NCBI RefSeq assembly: GCF_006345805.1
Contig: NC_043003.1
Coordinates: forward strand, 109,864,001 to 109,928,000
Length of the DNA stretch: 64,000 bases
DNA from: Octopus sinensis
Lineage: Eukaryota
Direction of reading: 5' to 3'
The translations under genes and the position numbers were made by a program. Of the stretch, positions 51,790-64,000 are shown in pieces (the first letter of the stretch is position 1; each line of letters starts with the position of its first letter). Below the pieces are notes generated by a model that was not told the origin of the DNA, did no database searches, and saw only the letters and a list, made by a program, of their open reading frames with translations.

Positions 51790-52700
51790 GTGATTCTTCA
51801 GATACTATGTTTTTTTGTCTTGTCATGTTTATCACTGAGTATGTAGAGGTTCTTTTCATCTCCAACTCTGGAATATCCAACAAACAGCTGAACATCTAAG
51901 AAGCATGATTGAAGGAGGTTAAGTCCTACAACCATTAGAGATTGACCTCACAGCTGGTGACTTCTACCTGTCATTTTCTGAGGAACAAGGCCGATGGAAT
52001 GAGAGCTTGCATCAAGTCCTCATATATATGGCACTATGTCAAGCAGCTTACTCTGACAACTAACGAGGTGAAAGGTTTCCTTGGAATGAAGACATTCTCA
52101 CACATCATGTTGCCTGTAATTATTGCTGCTTCCAACACATGGGGCATGGCTGTTTTAACAACCAGCCATGTTCCCTTGCAGAGTCTGGGTGCATCAAATT
52201 TTCTTAACAGCATTTTGGGAGCACCTGTTTTCATGATCAGAATGTATGGCAGAAATCCTGGTGTTTGAAGTGAATTGAGGAACTCCATTGGGTAATGCGT
52301 TACCTGTTGTTGATCACGGACATAATCTATTGATCTGTATGAACATTCGGTTCGTGGAAACTGAGACAACAAATTTAGGTTCAGCTTGTCGACAGCATCA
52401 TTCCTTGGTGCCAGAAATATTCTTTCACATAGCTACTTGTGACTTTTGTAGTTTGTGGCAATGTTTGGAAAGACCTTGCTCTTCATTTCTTCAAGGAAGG
52501 CAGTCATATTGCCACATGGGAGGTGGTGCAAACTATCTTCTGGATCCTGTGTAAGTTTTCCATTTCCAAAGAACGTTTGTCGACTGTAAATCGTCCATCA
52601 CCGCCTTCATTTCTAAATTAACGCTATATAAGATGGATATTTCTAGAGGTCAGCTTCACCAATTTCAGCGACTGAATAGCTTGAAAAATGAATTGGCTGA
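51790..52700 (-). mobile_element. Decayed Helitron PIF1 helicase with an inverted internal segment
   Basis: KVFPNIATNYK...LAPRNDAVDKLN...YPMEFLNSLQTPG...MLLRKFDAPRLCKG...VFIPR, then GQSLMVVGLNL...VGYSRVG; the plus-strand piece AGDF...RACIKSSYIWHYVKQLTLTTN lies at ~51950-52050. Confidence 0.85.
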
Positions 52701-53904
52701 CGATGATATTATTGTATATTGCAATTATTTGAAATCATCGAATGATGGCATGGTATAGCGATTTCAGGATATTATTGCATTGCATGTTCCAGGTAAGTCC
52801 AAGTAATCGATTGTGAAAACGATGGGCTGAAAGAATTGATTGATTTACAAAATGACAATGATGCTACAATGCGGTATCAGCTTCACGGCAAACACGGCCA
52901 ATGGTATCATCAAAGATTAGTGACAGCTTATTCCAGTCTATGGAAGCACTTAAAGTTGGTTTTGCTTGCCTTCCTAACGTTCTACTTGCAAATTCTGGCC
53001 TCATACACGTTAATACTTTGCTGTCTAAAAGTAGAAATAGGCTGGATATATTCAATCGAAGTGATTTGCGGTTAAACACGACTAATATTAAACCCAATGT
53101 GTTTCGAAAAGTTGCGTCGCACCGAGCACAAGGGTTGCATTAATGGTACATAATAGTGATACGTGTGTGCCAAAATGTTTGATATTACTCCTTTTTACAT
53201 TACCTTCAGTAAAGGCTCTTGTAATGGAAAAATGTTCATTATAGATATATTCATTATACTAATGAACAAATGAACGACTTCAATAAATTTTGCGGATTAT
53301 CTAAAAATGCTTATCGTATTTTATTGGCCAACAAAAACAAAATATTATCAATGTAGTTATTTTTATTGTGTTGGATCGTTGTTCTTCATTATATTTTCAA
53401 GTAATCACGAAACAGATAAAGCTCGGTTATGTTACAGAAATTTACTGTGTTAAGAAACGAAAAACAATATCAAAGATATGTCATTTATTCTATTCTCTCT
53501 TTGTATGTTTTGCCAGTGATTTGATATATTATCGTGTGTTAAAACATATACCTGAATTGAGACAAATAGCACGGTTTTTGCCATTTATCAAACATATGAA
53601 CACATGTATACAATTGAGAGCTTTTTGTTTATTTTGAATTGTTAAATATATAAAATAGAAAATAGAATAGAATGAAATAGATTTAAAAGTAGAGAAACAA
53701 AGATTGAGATAACAAAGGAGTGGAATAAGAGATTCCGTTATTATAATTTGTATATATATATGTGTGTGTGTGTGTGAGTGTTTGTGTGAGTGTTCGTACA
53801 TGTGTTTGTGGGTTTGTGTGCGTGTGAGTGTATGTGTGTGTATGCATGTGGGCGTATGTACGTTTATGTAATTCTTTTAAAAAATTCCTGATGTGTTGAA
53901 AGAC

Positions 53905-53990
53905 AGAATGGACCAAACAGAAGAGGAGAAAACACGTGCGAGGGAGTGTGGGCGAAGAGGTTGCAGGATGTGTGACGAAAGTTTAAGACA
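53905..53990 (+). repeat. Third, degenerate copy of the 25930-26020 hammerhead-bearing repeat
   Basis: ACAGAATGGAC...GAAGAGGTT...GATGTGTGACGAAAG is shared with 25935-26012. Confidence 0.6.
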
Positions 53991-54070
53991 AAGGACACAA
54001 CGATACAACAATGAGAACTGTGATAAAGCTGAAGTGACCAACGAATATATGCATTATATATATATGCTTG

Positions 54071-54123
<53 letters not shown>

Positions 54124-54195
54124 TGTGTTTATTTAGTGAAATAAAAAAATGAGCGTCCAGAAATCTAACAACAACATATATATGTATATATGTAT

Positions 54196-54266
<71 letters not shown>

Positions 54267-54302
54267 TATATATATATATACACATATATATATAATACAT
54301 AC

Positions 54303-54350
<48 letters not shown>

Positions 54351-54732
54351 TCAGGGTGAATACTTGATAAATGTAAGCACCTGTATATGCCAGCTAGTAG
54401 CATAGGAGATAGAATATATGTATCAAATGAAGTTAATGAAAAGCAGGACACAAAGGATGTTTCGGTACATATGTTTCGGGCTTTATAGAACAACTTATAC
54501 TTACATCAATGCAAAATCGACATAACGGATAGTTCAAAAGCCTTCTTCAGCCGCGTGCAATTGCTGCACTAAAGACTTGTATCACATTATAAAAGGTTTG
54601 AGAAAAAACATTTGGTATTCTTTATAATGGTAGGTAAACCGAGTATCATTGGGAAAGTATGTTTGTAAATCTTCATAGGCGTACATGGTATTATTAGACT
54701 CCAAAACATATATATATGCATGTATATATATA

Positions 54733-56616
54733 TATGTATATTAAAAATGGGGAAGGCCGGGTTATGGGATTAGCTTAAATTTCCGGTCCATAACGGATTT
54801 AGCTTTATGGCATATCGTCAGGACTGAAAAACCTGTTGCTCCATGACCTCCAACTCAAAGGAAACAATTGGGGATTATCTCCCTTCAGACTGTTGTTGTT
54901 ATTGTGGTCCTCTTCATTGGTGGGAGAGGTGCCATTGCTACTCGGGATGTAATTAGCTGTGGTTCTACTGCTGCTTCTGCTAGGGTCACTGTCACTGCTG
55001 CTGCTGTTATTGCCGTCATAGCTGGCATCGTACTGGACATGTTGTTGCTGCTATAGGGGCTGTCAGGTCTGCTACTGTGGACGTTAGGGAAGCTGTTGGG
55101 AATGCTGGTATTGATGGCGATGCTACTGTTGCTGTTGGTGTGATGATGCTGATGTTGAGCGAAGCGGTCTTCTGTAGTGAGAGAAGTCCGAAACGTGGTC
55201 CTTTTGCTATTCGTAAGACCCGCAGGAAGTGAAAGCAGGTCAACCCCCGACATCGAGAGCATCGACGGATGGATGAATGCGCATCCAGGCTCAGCGGTTG
55301 TGTAGGAAGAAAGAGTGAGAGAAAGTTGGAGCGAAAGAGTACAACAGAGGTCGCCACCACCACCTGCCGGAGCCTCGTGGGGCTTTAGGTGTTTTCGCTC
55401 AGTAAACACACACAACGCCCTGCTTGGGAATCGAAACTGCGATCCTCCGACCGCGAGTCCGCTGCTCTAACCACTGGGCCATTGCGCCTCCACTGTTGCT
55501 GCTGCTATAGGGGCTGTCAGGTCTGCTCCTGTGGACGTTAGGGGAGCTGTTGGTAATGCTGGTATTGATGGCGATGCTACTGCTGTTATTACCGTCGGGG
55601 GAATTCCAATGCTGTCGCCTGTTCTGTTATTGCTATTGCTGCTAGTCTCCTCAACTGTGGCGATGGTGGATGTGTTGCTGGCTCTGTTCTTGTGTCTACG
55701 GTTGCCACCGCTTCTAACGGTGGTATTGCCAGCGTTTTCTAGAACTTCGGCTTCATAGATGACCCCCGGTAGTTTCGCAGTGGCCACCCACCGGGCATCA
55801 AATGCGGTCCCTGCATGAATATCCTCCTCTTTCTGTGGCTTCGAGGCGCTAAATAGGTTGCTCTTAATATTAGGGGATCGGCTAAACGAGCGTCTAAACG
55901 TTGTGTCTGTTGAAAATAGGCCCGTACACATGGGAGCTATTGAAATGCTTATCTATTAATTTAAAGTATATTCTACTCATGGGCGCTTTGGTATTAAGGG
56001 AGAAGGTGGGGAGGCAAACCAAACAACAACAACTTAGCAGGTACAGCACCGACAACACACACCCACGGAGATATATTGGATGTTCAGGGAACTTTTCAAG
56101 TAACGTCTCTCCAACCACAGGTCCACCTTCAGAGTTTTGGAAAGGAGATACGTAACATAACTGGCCAGCCACGTCTGGCAACTCAGAGACGCTGAGATTC
56201 CATACTCGATCACATAGAAAGTCGTCGAGGACCCAGGACCCTACATCAGCGGAACGAAGCCTTGCGAATTATGCATAGCTGAATACGCGAGAATCCTAAA
56301 AGACTCACTCGACCTAGGGAACATCCTTAGTTATAGAACTGAAATTTTTGGGCTATGTTTAAATTTCACAAGGTTCCTGCTAGCCTTTTGAAGACCGCAA
56401 GGTGGCGGCAAAGCTGGAGGTCGACAGCCAATAGCAAATGGAGATAATCCCCAGTTGTTACCGGTGAGAAGTGAGGCATTTCCTCCTTTCTATTTTTAAG
56501 AGGCCGTGGGCCAACAGGATTTTGGGATCTGATGATACGCCATAAAGGTAAACTCTCCGTGGACGGGAAACCTAATGTAAACCGATAAACCGGCCTTCGC
56601 CATTTTTAATACATAC
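54733..56616 (-). mobile_element. 5'-truncated Penelope-like element with inverted pseudo-LTR arms and hammerhead relics
   Basis: Arms ~54733-54885 and ~56435-56616 are diverged reverse complements. The internal minus-strand ORF relic reads PTFSLNTKAPMSRIYFKLIDKHFNSSHVYGPIFNRHNV...SPNIKS...PGVIYEAEV. CUGAUGA..GAAAC..GUA at 56529-56579 (+); CUGACGA..GAAA at ~54780-54822 (-). Confidence 0.75.
55137..55492 (-). mobile_element. tRNA-derived SINE with the same head as 30397 but a different 3' tail, flanked by a ~90-bp direct repeat
   Basis: About 190 bp are shared with 30397-30585, then the sequence diverges (ACACAACCGCTGAGCC...); flanks 55043-55136 and 55494-55587 are direct repeats. Confidence 0.85.
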
Positions 56617-56769
56617 TGATCTACGTCTTAGAGTGTGCTTCTTGTTTCCGATTTATGTTTTTTACAAACGACACACACGCGCGCGCGTGAACATGGATAT
56701 GTTTTGACTGTTACACTTGGATAAGTGAATGCTTGAGTATGTTCAGTGTAGCAGACACATAAGAGAATT

Positions 56770-58440
56770 AATTTGCTTTAGCATGAACAACTGGAGGGAT
56801 CTATACTCAGGTGATACACTCTTGGGGAGTTTTTCAAGGGTCCCTTCAATATTTGTTCTATGCTTTATTCCTCCTCAGTTTAGTATTAAGACAGGCAAAT
56901 GCAGGGTATTAATTCAGAAATTGTAAGGGAAAAATCAACCGTTTCTCTACATTGATGATCTGAATCATTTTGGTAAGAAAGAGAGATTCCTTAATACAGA
57001 CTGTAAAACTCTTCAGCAAAGATACAGGCATGGACTTTGGCATAGATACGTGTGTAAAATTAATCATGTGAAGGGAACAGGTAGTCAACAACAAAGACAC
57101 CCAATTACCAGATGACCAGGCATTAAAATCATTGAAAGGAAGAGGGAGTTATAAGTATCTAAGAGTATTAGAATCTGACAGACTATTAACTACAGAAATA
57201 AAAACGAAAATTAAGAAGGAGTACATCAGAACGGTGAGGAAGCTAATGAAGTCAAAGCTAAATGGTTATTTCTTTATCCGAATCTATTAAGGGCTGTAAA
57301 TACTTGGGCAGTATCATTACTTAGATATTTAGCAGCTTTTACAGAGTGGAGAAACGCTGAATTAGCAAAGCTAGACAGAAGAACCAGCAAGGAATTCAAT
57401 ACGAACGGAGGACTCTACCCAAGGGTAAGTGTAGCAATATTATACCTACCTACAGTAGAATGTGGAAGAGGTTTAAGTGAAAGACTGCGTGGAATTGGCT
57501 AGAGTAGATATAGACTCCTGTGTAGGTAATAGCAAAAGTGTTTATTAAAAGCTGCTATAGTTACAGCAAGACATAGGGAAGCCAAGAACTCAAACGAAGT
57601 TTAAAATCAGAAAATCCTGACTAGCAGGAGCAAGGCGGTGAATGGTAGATTCCCGAAGACAGTGTCAGCAAATAATATTGAAACATAGTTATGGCTGCAG
57701 AAGGGTAAGTTGAAGAGGGATACAGAAAGTTTGTTAGTAGCTGCACAAGAATAGCATTAAGGACTAATTGGATAAAAGCCAAAATGGACAAAAACCAAGT
57801 AGATTCCCAATGTATATTATGCAAGTCAAAAGAGGACACGTTACTCATATAGTAAGTGAATGTAGCATGCTGGCACAGAAAGTATACAGAAAGACATGGC
57901 AATGTAGGGAGGGCAATCCACTGGAAGCTTTGTAGAAATCTAGGATTTGAACATACTTATAAATGGTATGAACATGAACCTAGTAAAGTACTAGAAAATA
58001 AGAAGTACAAGAGGTTGCGGGACTTTAGCATTCAGACTGTCAGAGTAATAAATGTTAGAAGGCCTGGTTTTATATTAGTTGATAAAGAGGATAGAATGTG
58101 GCAGATAAGTGACTTTACTGTCGCAAATAATGAAAAACAAAATATATGAGAAGTATAGAAAAACAGCAACGTAGCAGGACCTAGCCATTGAGTTACAGAG
58201 ACCATGGAAAGTGCGTGTAAAATGTAACCCGGTAGTTATAGGTGAATTGGGATCTATCCCTAATGATCTGAACAGATGGATAGAGGAAATAGACATAAAC
58301 CCAGTTTAGTGCAGCTGCAGAAAACAGTGTTGTTAGGGATAGGTAGGATAATTAGGAGGGTTCTTCGTATCTAAGGCAACTGGTTCTAGACCGATGTTAG
58401 GATTGTTTTCTTTTCCAACAGTCAAACTTGTTGAGTGTAT
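56770..58440 (+). mobile_element. R4/Dong-like RLE-type LINE, 5'-truncated, ending in (TAA)n
   Basis: GMDFGIDTC, SYKYL.VLE, AVNTWAVSLLRY, CCHC finger CILCKSKEDT/THIVSEC, HWKLC, LQKTVLLGIGRIIRRVL*; (TAA)n follows at 58443. Confidence 0.88.
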
Positions 58441-58441
58441 A

Positions 58442-58442
<1 letters not shown>

Positions 58443-58499
<57 letters not shown>

Positions 58500-58530
58500 T
58501 GATGATGATGATGATGATGATAATAATGAT
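58443..58530. repeat. (TAA)n-(GAT)n microsatellite
   Basis: Direct reading. Confidence 0.95.
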
Positions 58531-59377
58531 AAATGAGCTTCTCTGCCCTAGGTGTACGGAAAACACTCGGCGAGAAATGGAAGAAAATTTGAAGAAAGAA
58601 AGAAAGAAAACAACAACAACAACAATAATAATTATTATTATACTGTCTTCTAAATTCGATTGAGAGATATTTTTCATTGGATGAAAAGTATATTTGACTT
58701 CAAGCAGGAGTTCTGAATTGCATCATTAAAAGTTTTTCTTTTTTTTTCAAAAAATATAAACAATTTAGATGAAGTGAAGCAAAAATATTTAGGTGCTCAA
58801 CCCTCTCAAGTGTAATGATTGTATATTAAGTGTTCATTAGTTCTGAAATTACAACAAAACATACTCAATTGCAAATGTCTATTAGTTAAAACTCATACCT
58901 GAGTCCAGTAATATTTCCATGCATTAGATATCAGAAGCAAAATCAATGCGAGAGTAAATGTAGCATTGGTGAGTTGGCTGAAACGTTAGCACACATGCAC
59001 ACCTACATATATGCATACACACATACATTCAGATATAAATACATCAATTGTGGTATACTGGCATACACGTATTAATCAAAACATGAGTAGTATTATATCA
59101 TTATTAAAAAAATCTGTAAACGCATGTGTTTACGTAGAAAGAATAAACAGATGTAATTGAAAGGAAATTGAAACTTTATTTTGACTGTTTGACTGTTACA
59201 CTTGTCAATACAACTTTCTACTCCAGATTTGTTAAACCCTGACTTGTTAGATATCGAAGTGAATTGCAAGATATCTTTATATTTTAACAATTTACTGAAC
59301 ATGTAAACTAAAATGACTTTATTCTAAGCTTACATCTAAAACAGAACTAGATTCTATCAAGACTTAATTAACTTATT

Positions 59378-59875
59378 TTACTTGTACTTGTGGCGACATT
59401 CACCCTGGGCGAGTTGAGTCGGCTTCTTCTAGCACCCTCGAGGCATCTCGAACCATGGCAGCCCACGCACGACGGTCCTGCGCCAGTTCACTGGAGATAG
59501 CGAGCCAGTAACGATTCCATCGGCGCAGGCCGACCACCCGCGGACCCGTGAGCACGGAGAGGTCCTCCTTGATCGTCGTAACCCAGGTCTTCAGCTGCCC
59601 GCCCGCGCGTTTCCGTCAGTTGGGAAGTGGAGTTGAGAGAAGGACATCACAGCGCAGTTCACCCACCGGACGCCTACATGCATGGCCAAACCACCGGAAG
59701 CGCCGTTGCAGAAGGACAGTTGGAAGGGGCCATAGAGATAGGCGAAGTCGGAGATTAGCGGTGGGAACTCGATCCACCCGACGGCAATGAAGAATGCACC
59801 GGAGGCAGTCATTGTCAAATACTTCCAGTCTTCGTTGATCGACCACCCGCATAGGCCACATTTCACAGTCATAGA
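59378..59875 (-). mobile_element. RTE-clade LINE 3' end with a (CAAGTA) tail
   Basis: CEMWPMRVVDQRRLEVFDNDCLRCIL...RRFRWFGHACRRP...GGQLKTWVTTIKEDL...DRRAW; ends CAAGTACAAGTAA. Confidence 0.9.
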
Positions 59876-61929
59876 GAAGAGAAGAGAAAATCTCTATAGA
59901 TTTTATTAAGGTCTAACCTGTTAAATTTAGACGCAATAATATGTTTAATTTTGAAAAAAAAAATAATGAGGGCATAATGTCAATTGAGTGGGACAATAAG
60001 AAAAGAATATTAGTGGTTTCTCCTCTTCGGAACATATTTTCTATTTGTGACTCTATCTACATTGTATCTCAGCAATGTTATTTACTTTATTCTGTACTAA
60101 ACATTTTAAGTCTAATAACAAAATTGTTTGAGTCAATAATGTTCAGGCGTGTGACCAATACACAAATGATTTATCTAGAGACGTCTATCGAATACAAATT
60201 GGGTAGGAGAGGAGAAAATAAATTTATCAATAGCTGCTTAAATATTCCATCGATCTGAGTGCTTACTTAGAAAGTTAAATGCTACAACGATATGGAAAAA
60301 CAAGATCGACGATGAAAACCGAAGTATTGATACGTCAACGAAATGAATAAAGCAATTACTGTTACCAAGATAAATAATTTCGATAAAGTGACTGACTAGT
60401 AAAGTCGTTTGGTACTAGTTAGGTACTTACTTTGTACATCACAGTATTATAGTCAAGTCCTCAGAACTAAGAATTGTTTGGGTACATCAGTCTGCATTAT
60501 ATATTTGTGAAACTTGTCATTATACGCTTAAAGGAATCTGAAATAATTTACAAAACTTCTAATATCGATCCATCTTTACTGTTCAGTGTGAAAAAGAGAA
60601 GAAAATCAAGATTTTATTGAAAAAAATGTTCATGGAATATTCTAGTGGTGTTTAAGGAAAAACAAATTTTATTTTCTGTAACAAAAGCAGTTTCTGATGG
60701 CAGTCGATAAATTCTTTTGTAAAAGTATTTTCTTTTTGCATTCTTTCTACTGCTTTGAGATTCCATTTAATTGACAGTAAATCTACATATATATTTTTTT
60801 CTACTCTACGATATTTAGAATCTTACATGCCAACCATTTTAAGTCCTGTTATTTCCAAATACCATGTTGATCTCCAAGAAGACTACAACCAAGGATGACA
60901 TCCAATTCCCGACATATATATTTAATATCTCTAAAGAAGTAAACTTACAAAAAATAAAAAATGAAATATAAAAATAAGAACTTTGTAGGGAAAATTAGAT
61001 TCCATGCTGGCTTGCAAAATTGAGAAATATCTAATCAACTTGCCATGATAAGTTGACAGAATTTCCTCTGGAAATGAAGTTTACTTCAGCCCTGCTGCCA
61101 ACAAGTTTGAAAATACGTAATGTATTCACAAAATAGTTAAACAGTCTGTCTCTTCGTTGCTCTCCATCAATGGATTTGCATACAGCAATGGCCTTATTTC
61201 ACTTCATAGCAATTGCTATTATCTTCATATCACAAGTAGCAGCACATTATCGTACTTTGAAAGGTCGATCACTCATATAATTCAAAATTTCTTTTCTAGA
61301 TTCTTTCATGTGAAAGATATTAAAATCACATACCGAGTGTGACTATATAGAAATCTTGTCAGAAAAACAGCTTTCTCTCATAATCGGTTAGAAGTAGACA
61401 TCTAATCTTTTCAAATAGTCATCCAAGCTGAAGTTGTTGTATCACAGACGGTTGCTACTAAAATAGTTAAATTAAAAAAAAAAAGGAAAGTTGAAAAATG
61501 TACACAACGTAAGTAGTAAACAAGTGGTATAACTTTCAAAATGATGTAAGTCATATCATTAATGAAAGAAAAGTAACACGAGCACAAAGTTTAGTGTTGC
61601 TCAAACACAACTTTTAAAAAATACCAGATAAACGATTCGAGGGAAGATATTGAACTGATAGTTCGTGGGCATGTGGGATCTTAGAATGTTTCAGGAAGGG
61701 TTCTTTATTGCTCATTTCCTAGGTTTAATTAGATGTGGTGAAGAGACAGTGGAGAGTTTTTTGTCTCTTAATGTTATAGAAACCAGATTAGTGCATCTAT
61801 CGTATATTTCTGAATTATTTATATATTAATGCCATAGTACGTTCACTCCTCTCTAGTTTTTTTGTGTAAAGGTAAGGGAAGAAACTGAAAGGGGAGAGAA
61901 AAACAGAAAGCTAGAGAAAACGTTTTAAA

Positions 61930-61995
61930 AAGTGATGATGACGATATATGGCAGTGCTAGTAGTTATGATGATGATGATGATGATAATGATGATA

Positions 61996-62031
<36 letters not shown>

Positions 62032-62055
62032 GTGATGATGTTGATGATGATGGTG
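61930..62055. repeat. (GAT)n microsatellite
   Basis: Direct reading. Confidence 0.95.
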
Positions 62056-62269
62056 ATTTGCTGCTTGTGACTGTTGTCGCATGTTTGTTGTTTGTAGCCT
62101 TGATGACGATGATATGCACTGAGATAGATGCGTTAAATCATTTGCTTTTTTAAAACATTTATTTCACAAAAAACAAACTGTTCGCTTTCAGTTTCTTACT
62201 ACTTACAAAAACCACCACCACCTCTCTTGCCATTAACTAAAATTCTGCTTACATAAAACCATTAAAGAC

Positions 62270-63080
62270 TATTACAGTTCTCAGTGTATGTCTGTAAACA
62301 CGTATGTATGTATTTCTTTGAGTTTTATTTACGAGAGAATTTATAATCATGGTACAAGAGCTTTAAGTTCCGCCTTAATTGAACATGTTATCTTTTTCCT
62401 AGACTTTTGGTGGTACATTCACATTCGGCGAGCAGCCGGCCTCTTCAACAGTGCATGGCTTTTGATCCCTGTCCCACAGACCAATATTAGGTTAGTTATG
62501 TTTGCACCGAATTGTTTTTATTTGAGAGTTCCACCAGTATTCGTTGATTTTAAGCGTGTGAATAGATGCTGGTTGGGAAATACATTTGATGTATACGTCA
62601 GAGCTATCCTTTCTACAGATGATGTTATAAAAAGTCTTTGCAACTATATCATGCCTCAGAAGACGGTAGTATCTCGCAGACATTTTGGAGCAGCTGCTGA
62701 TGGTGTGGGTGATATCGTCCACAATGGTAAAGCAGAGCCGACATAATCTATTACATGTGGAGGTTAGGGGCTATCTGTGTCTCTCGTATTTATCAGGTAT
62801 TTATTTACTTTCGCCTGTTCTTGGATAGCGAAGGCATATCCTTCTCAAAAGAATATGATGCATCTATCACAGGTCATGATGAAATTACTCTTCCTGTCAA
62901 CGACGTTGTCATCCTCTAGCTTACGGGATATGCACCCATTCATTGCCTTTTTGTTGTTATGATGGCTGCTCCTCCAATCTTCAGATTATGTAGGCCAGAC
63001 CAGCCTCCTTCGGATCGCACGAGACAGCTGTATGCTCGTAGTACCTGCGCAGCAGTTCTTCTCCAACTCTGAAGATACTG
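62270..63080 (-). mobile_element. Second RLE-type LINE fragment (CCHC finger plus nuclease region)
   Basis: CRLCFTIVDDITHTISSCSKMSARYYRLLRHDIVAK...YWWNSQI...PNI..WDRD. Confidence 0.8.
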
Positions 63081-63244
63081 TTGCTCTGAGTTTAGAGTAC
63101 ACACAGAGTGTACACATTTCTTCCCTTACTGTTGTTGTTTGAGTGTTACAATATTACATTCAAAGGCAGTTTGACTGACTTTACGCCTCTGTCACCATCA
63201 TTCGGCCTCTCATAATCCTATCAGTGTTGCTCTTTATCTATCTT

Positions 63245-63375
63245 TATATGCATGCATGTATGCATGTATGTGTGTATGTATGTATGTATGTATGTATTTA
63301 TGTATGTATGTATGTATGTATGTATGTATGTATGCATGTATGTGTGTGTGTGTATGTATGTATGCAAGTATGCAT
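63245..63375. repeat. (TATG)n/(TG)n microsatellite
   Basis: Direct reading. Confidence 0.95.
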
Positions 63376-64000
63376 GTGCACGCGTATGATTATTGTCTGT
63401 ATCATTGCCACGTTGTTTCGTTTAATTTTTCTCTTAATCTTCATCGTTACCACTCAACCCATCACAACATCCTATCCTGTCTCTCCACCGCTCACTTTCT
63501 CGATTTCTTTTTATGTCGCCCATGCCCCGTCGCCTCCACTATATCAATAGTAGTTAGAAACTGAAGTTCTAAGTCTTTCACAGCCAAAACAAATGGAAAT
63601 TTGGCAGGTTTTACTCGTGAAAGAATTAAATTTTTAAACAATTTTATGAGAGTGGGATTCATATTTTCTCAAATCAAAATTTTAACACAGATATATTTCC
63701 AATAACAAATATCTATAATTTTAGTTTGGAACCGGGTTGTCTCATAAATTATTAAGGATTTAATGAAATTATCTTATATAGCAACATAACACATAAGAGA
63801 CTTTATGGAAAAATGTTTTCACATTCACGATATTACTTTCAGGGAAAAGAGAAAATGGGGATAATTGTGATGTTTCTGTCATTATGAGACGAATGAGCGC
63901 GTGAAAGCATTCAAATAGCATAAACGAAAGGTGAACTTTAACATCTGAATTTGACACACCTTACGAATTCCCCGAGAGATTTTTCCGTGGAAATTCACAG

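Noticed and set aside
52900-53100. Possible second piggyBac Cys-rich relic (..ICK..KTNFKCFH)
   Set aside because: Cys spacing is incomplete and no TTAA-CCC terminus was identified.
54885-55931. Two 150-176 aa Ser/Thr/Ala-rich ORFs that look like a mucin or gag protein
   Set aside because: They are composites of a SINE, its flanking duplication, triplet repeats and a PLE fragment.
59941-60258. 105-aa ORF in AT-rich DNA
   Set aside because: No recognisable domain; composition matches non-coding background.

Overview
This is AT-rich, microsatellite-dense eukaryotic DNA. It is most likely non-coding (intronic or intergenic) sequence from an octopus-type cephalopod; that assignment is inferred from the tRNA-derived SINE families and the (TA)n/(TATC)n/(CA)n load. 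No intact host protein-coding gene is supported, and almost all listed ORFs are microsatellite read-throughs or decayed transposon pieces. Recognisable relics include mariner/maT/Tigger/piggyBac DNA transposons, two internally scrambled Helitrons, LINE fragments (Tx1/L1, CR1-like, RTE, R4/Dong-like), several tRNA-derived SINE families and multiple Penelope-like element (PLE) GIY-YIG fragments. The most striking signal is a recurring set of fold-back (head-to-head inverted) elements. Several carry minimal type I hammerhead ribozyme motifs that read outward from the centre. The clearest is a near-perfect 324-bp palindrome (16427-16750) with a hammerhead motif in each arm. Other points of interest are an apparent (TATC)n-associated Tx1 LINE, a SINE flanked by a ~90-bp duplication, and a possible EF-hand exon pair. 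Coordinates of decayed repeats are approximate.
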